A stretch of 64,000 bases of DNA from an uncultured Bacilli bacterium (GTDB lineage Bacteria; Bacillota_I; Bacilli_A; RF39; UBA660), in assembly GCA_947624175.1 (NCBI GenBank), contig CANQJD010000001.1:1897-65896 (forward strand), given 5' to 3'. Below, in pieces: positions 60,313 through 64,000 of the stretch (position 1 is its first letter; each line of letters opens with the position of its first letter). The notes beneath the pieces are model-generated. The model saw only the letters and a program-made list of their open reading frames with translations, did not search any database and was not told where the DNA came from. The translations under genes were made by a program, and so were the position numbers.

Positions 60313-61725
60313 ATGCAAAATAAGATAATGGAATTAAATATTAATGATATAAAAAAAGATGACTTTGATGTATCGGATTTAGATATTGAAGTTTTAAAAA
60401 TGAAATTGGTTGAAAGAAAAGTCCGAAAAGCAATCACAAGACTAGAAAATGGAGATTATTTCTTGGATGATTCGGAGATTAATTACTTAAAAGATTGCCT
60501 TAATCTTCCATTTTTAGAATCTAATTTTTCTTATCAAGATTTAGTACTAGTCATGAATGTTAACAAATTACCAAAAGATAATACTATAGAATTAGATACA
60601 ATAAATAAAGTAAGTTTGAATGGAATATTAGATTATAATCCTCTAGACATTATTGTTGTTGAACCTTTAAAATATCAAATGGATAAAGTAGTTAGATTAG
60701 ATACTTTAGATACAAGATTTAAAGAAGATATTTCTTTATCAGAAAAAGCTATCATTTTAATTAATTGTGATAATTCTCTAGATACAACTTTATATAGTGA
60801 TTATAAGATATTAAGATATAGGGGAAATTTTCTTAATATATTAGAAAAAATCTTATTACTTTTAGAATTTAAACCTCAAGTAATTACTGAAAAAGGCTTT
60901 AAAAATCAAGATAATAATAAATTATTACATAACTATATCATGCAAGAGTATCCAAGTAAATTATCAGTTGATGTTTTAGAATCTTTAGAAGAAAGACAAA
61001 ACAAAGAATTAAGTACTCGAGATGAAGTTTTATCAATTATTCGAAATGGAGTTATTTTAATGCTTGATGATATTGATATAACAGCTAATGAGTTAGTATT
61101 GTTAGCAGAACATTATAAAAATATTCATGCTCCGGAATCTAAAGATTTAAATAAATTAGATTTTACAGACTTTGTTAATATATATGGAGTTCGAGTTTCA
61201 GAGGATGGAATTTATTTAATAGATGAAGAAAATATTGCATCAAGAGGTTATGCTGATAATGAAATAGTAGACTATTTATATAATATTTATTTAAAAACGA
61301 AGAAGAATTATAAAGATAGATTAACTTTCTTAAAACAAAGAAAATCTATATTAAATTCTATTTATGAAAGTGATTATGAATTAAATGATAAAAGAGAAAT
61401 AAGTGATACTGATTTAGATTTATTATATAAAGCTTATCAAAAAATAGATAATTTTGATTTTAGTGTTAAAAAATTTATGCAAGATGTTGGAGTTCGGGTT
61501 AATGATAATCATATCTATTTATTAAGTGATGATGAGACCATTAATCTACTTGAATTTGTTAATCCAAATGAAGAAGATAAAATAGCTTTATTTTTAAGAG
61601 ATGGTTTTGGAGAAGAGTGTTTTACAGAAAATGAAAAGAATTTTGGAATATCTATTAAAGAAAATAATCATATTAATTTAAGTTTTGAAGGATTAGAAGA
61701 TTTTGGAGATTATTTTGCAAAGTAG
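60313..61725 (+). CDS. hypothetical protein with internal repeat (GVRV..(D/N)..IYL..(D/E)E)
   Basis: Long ORF. I prefer the start at ATG 60313 after a TAGGTGG RBS. No family recognised. Confidence 0.5.
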   Translation: MQNKIMELNINDIKKDDFDVSDLDIEVLKMKLVERKVRKAITRLENGDYFLDDSEINYLKDCLNLPFLESNFSYQDLVLVMNVNKLPKDNTIELDTINKVSLNGILDYNPLDIIVVEPLKYQMDKVVRLDTLDTRFKEDISLSEKAIILINCDNSLDTTLYSDYKILRYRGNFLNILEKILLLLEFKPQVITEKGFKNQDNNKLLHNYIMQEYPSKLSVDVLESLEERQNKELSTRDEVLSIIRNGVILMLDDIDITANELVLLAEHYKNIHAPESKDLNKLDFTDFVNIYGVRVSEDGIYLIDEENIASRGYADNEIVDYLYNIYLKTKKNYKDRLTFLKQRKSILNSIYESDYELNDKREISDTDLDLLYKAYQKIDNFDFSVKKFMQDVGVRVNDNHIYLLSDDETINLLEFVNPNEEDKIALFLRDGFGEECFTENEKNFGISIKENNHINLSFEGLEDFGDYFAK

Positions 61726-61733
61726 GAGGAGTT

Positions 61734-62348
61734 ATGGAATACTATGAAATTGAATTAAGTACAATTGGAGTCTATACTTATCATTATGCTTTCTTTGATA
61801 TGTTTAAGAAGTATAACATTACAACATTAGGTCAAGTTTTAGATGATAATCTTATGTATGGGATTATGGAAAAATGTCGGCAAAAATCAAGACGAGAATT
61901 GTGTTCGTTTATTTCTTTAATGAAATATAAATATTTAAATATTCCTATTCCTAATGATTACTTATTAGATAGAAAAATAGCAACTATTGAATATACTCTT
62001 GATGATACGTTTGGTAGTTTAGGATTTCCAGAACTTTGTATTAAAGATTTAAAAAATCAAATTCAAAATCAAGGTAATGAAATACTTAATATAACAATCA
62101 AAGATTTCTTTAAAAGATTAATTAGTCAAGGACAATGTCGGGATGCAACGAGAAAAATAATTGAGATATATTTAGAGGCTTCTGAAAAGAAAAATGATTT
62201 AGCAAGTAATAATGATTATGATACTTTAAAGGAGTTAAAGATACAACTTGAAAATTTAATTAAAATTCGTGATGATTTAGACTTTGAAATAAAAAAGTTT
62301 AAAGAATCTTTAAGTAAACTAGAAGAAAGAAGTATTGGTGATAAATAA
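61734..62348 (+). CDS. hypothetical protein, possible helix-hairpin-helix N-terminus and C-terminal coiled coil
   Basis: Long ORF with GGAGG upstream. IELSTIGVYTYHYAFFDMFKKYNITTLGQVL loosely resembles the RNAP alpha-CTD HhH. Confidence 0.45.
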   Translation: MEYYEIELSTIGVYTYHYAFFDMFKKYNITTLGQVLDDNLMYGIMEKCRQKSRRELCSFISLMKYKYLNIPIPNDYLLDRKIATIEYTLDDTFGSLGFPELCIKDLKNQIQNQGNEILNITIKDFFKRLISQGQCRDATRKIIEIYLEASEKKNDLASNNDYDTLKELKIQLENLIKIRDDLDFEIKKFKESLSKLEERSIGDK

Positions 62349-62479
62349 TGGATAATTTAATCAAAGATATAAATAAAGTTCTTGAAGATTTAAAAATGGA
62401 AATAGCTAATAAACAAATAGAATTAGATGATTTAATTGAAGAATATCAATCTAAAAGTGGCGAAATAATAGAAAATTAG
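62348..62479 (+). CDS. candidate 43-aa coiled-coil peptide
   Basis: Its ATG overlaps the preceding stop (TAATG). Translation is MDNLIKDINKVLEDLKMEIANKQIELDDLIEEYQSKSGEIIEN. Confidence 0.35.
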   Translation: MDNLIKDINKVLEDLKMEIANKQIELDDLIEEYQSKSGEIIEN

Positions 62480-62581
62480 GAAAAATAACAAAAAACACTT
62501 GATTTTTATTTATAAATGTGATAATTTATAAACATGAACACGAAAGTGTTTTTTAATTTACCTAAAAAAAGGAGATTTATA

Positions 62582-62866
62582 ATGAAGAAAGAAAAAACTA
62601 AAAAACAAGATGATGTTAAAGAAACAAAAAAAGTAACGAAAAAGGATACTAAGAAGGACAAGAAAAAGGTTACTAAAAAAGAAGATAAGAAAGAGAACAA
62701 AGAGAGTTTGTGGAAACAAATTAAAAAGGAAATGAGTAAAGTTCATTTTCCTAGTCGAAAAGACATGATTAAATATAGTATTGCAACAATATTCTTTGTA
62801 ATTTTCTTTGCTATTTACTTTTATGTGATTGAATTAATCATGGCCTTCATTCGGAGTTTAATATAA
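62582..62866 (+). CDS. secE: preprotein translocase subunit SecE
   Basis: Lys-rich N-terminus and a single C-terminal TM segment (IATIFFVIFFAIYFYVIELIMAFI). Lies directly upstream of nusG. The start is placed at ATG 62582 after AAAGGAG. Confidence 0.8.
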   Translation: MKKEKTKKQDDVKETKKVTKKDTKKDKKKVTKKEDKKENKESLWKQIKKEMSKVHFPSRKDMIKYSIATIFFVIFFAIYFYVIELIMAFIRSLI

Positions 62867-62878
62867 GGAGGGGTTAAA

Positions 62879-63418
62879 ATGGATGAGAAACAATGGTATG
62901 TAGTTAATACTTATTCAGGACATGAAAATAAGGTTAAAGAGAAATTAGAGATGAGGGCTAATTCTATGGATATGAAAGATTATATCTTTAGAGTTATTGT
63001 CCCTGAAGAAACTGTTATGGTTGATGATAAAAAAGGTGGACAAAAAGAAAAAGTTAAAAAATTATTTCCAGGTTATATCCTAGTTGAAATGATTATGAGT
63101 GATGAAGCATGGTTTATTGTTCGGAATACTCCGGGGGTTACAGGCTTTATTGGTTCATCAGGAAAAGGTGCTAAACCTACCCCACTTCAACCTTATGAAG
63201 TTGATAATATCTTAAAGAATATGGGTATGGCTCGGATTGATATTAAGAAAGACTTAAATGTTGGAGATAATGTTAAAATTGTTGATGGACCATTTGCTAA
63301 TATGAGTGGTACTATAGAATCAATTGATGAAGAACAAAAGATTATCAATGTATTAGTTGACTTATTTGGTAATGAAACATCTATTGAATGTGAATTAAGT
63401 CAAATTCAAAAGGCTTAA
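62879..63418 (+). CDS. nusG: transcription termination/antitermination factor NusG
   Basis: NGN domain (WYVVNTYSGHENKV) and KOW motif (VGDNVKIVDGPFANMSGTI). Confidence 0.95.
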   Translation: MDEKQWYVVNTYSGHENKVKEKLEMRANSMDMKDYIFRVIVPEETVMVDDKKGGQKEKVKKLFPGYILVEMIMSDEAWFIVRNTPGVTGFIGSSGKGAKPTPLQPYEVDNILKNMGMARIDIKKDLNVGDNVKIVDGPFANMSGTIESIDEEQKIINVLVDLFGNETSIECELSQIQKA

Positions 63419-63420
63419 AA

Positions 63421-64000
63421 ATGGGACGGTTTTCGGTTGATTTTCAAGGAATAGAAGAACTTAAAAGGGAAAAAGAATTTTTAAGTTCTGGTAAAGAAGG
63501 TGCTTGTTACTTTCTTGATTCTAAAACAATAATTAAATTATTTCATATATTAAGAGGTAATCGAAAGATTAATTTTAAAGGATATAAATCAGATAATATT
63601 GCTTTTCCTATAGATATTTATTATTATGATGATACTAATCTTATAGAAGGTTATACAATGAATTATTTAAAAGGAATGAGTCTTTCTAAAGGATTCGATT
63701 CGTCCTTATTAATAGATGACTTGAAGAATGCATATAATAAAATTAGGATGGAAATCGAAAAATATCCCAACATTTATATGGATGATTTAGTAAGTGTAAA
63801 TATTTTATATGACTATAATTCTAATAATTTTAATATTATAGATACTAGTAAATGGTATAAAAAGAAAGATGCTAAATTGATTAATATTAGTAAATTAAAT
63901 GCTATCTTGATTGATAAATTATTAGATATATTAAAAAATAGTTATAAAGAAATAATCAATGAAGATTCTAAATTGAACTTATTATACCAAGAATATAATA
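63421..64000 (+). CDS. hypothetical protein, possibly kinase-fold (3' end runs off the window)
   Basis: Hand translation from ATG 63421 stays open to the window end: MGRFSVDFQGIEELKREKEFLSSGKEGACYFLD...MDDLVSVNILYD...FNIIDTSKW. This loosely resembles the Gly-loop, catalytic-loop and DxD pattern of small-molecule/protein kinases. Confidence 0.4.
   Translation, partial: MGRFSVDFQGIEELKREKEFLSSGKEGACYFLDSKTIIKLFHILRGNRKINFKGYKSDNIAFPIDIYYYDDTNLIEGYTMNYLKGMSLSKGFDSSLLIDDLKNAYNKIRMEIEKYPNIYMDDLVSVNILYDYNSNNFNIIDTSKWYKKKDAKLINISKLNAILIDKLLDILKNSYKEIINEDSKLNLLYQEYN

Overview
Very AT-rich Bacillota-type chromosomal replication-origin region. Left of about 25.0 kb almost every gene is on the minus strand: metG, spoVT, mfd, pth, ricT, holB, bofA, recR, ybaB, dnaX, tadA, SRP RNA, gyrA, gyrB, recF, comK, dnaN, dnaA. 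Right of it almost every gene is on the plus strand: rpmH, rnpA, yidC, jag, mnmE, mnmG, rsmG, noc-like, soj, spo0J, ychF, leuS, secE, nusG. Dense DnaA-box clusters flank dnaA on both sides, giving a bipartite oriC with a DnaA-trio-like element next to dnaN. Several accessory insertions sit in this conserved backbone. The standout is a complete diversity-generating retroelement (DGR) at 45.3-49.1 kb. A membrane-anchored target gene carries a 106-nt variable repeat. Downstream follow a MutS-domain-I-like ORF, an Avd-like ORF, a reverse transcriptase and a 106-nt template repeat. The template differs from the variable repeat at 22 positions, all of them template adenines. A G8 tract, leader ORF and terminator precede the target gene, and a non-diversified paralogue lies 6.7 kb downstream. 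Other notable items are a candidate type I toxin-antitoxin locus (56.1-56.5 kb), comK inserted between dnaN and recF with phased 10-bp repeats, and a ParB/Noc paralogue with a roughly 480-aa Asn-rich and acidic disordered segment. There is also a nucleotidyltransferase plus AlkP-family pair between jag and mnmE, and an AAA+/nuclease-like gene bracketed by 25-nt direct repeats. Two T-box leaders (metG, leuS) and a small SRP RNA are present. I recognised no rRNA, tRNA, CRISPR array, transposase or integrase. All calls come from reading the sequence and the translations by eye, with no database search.
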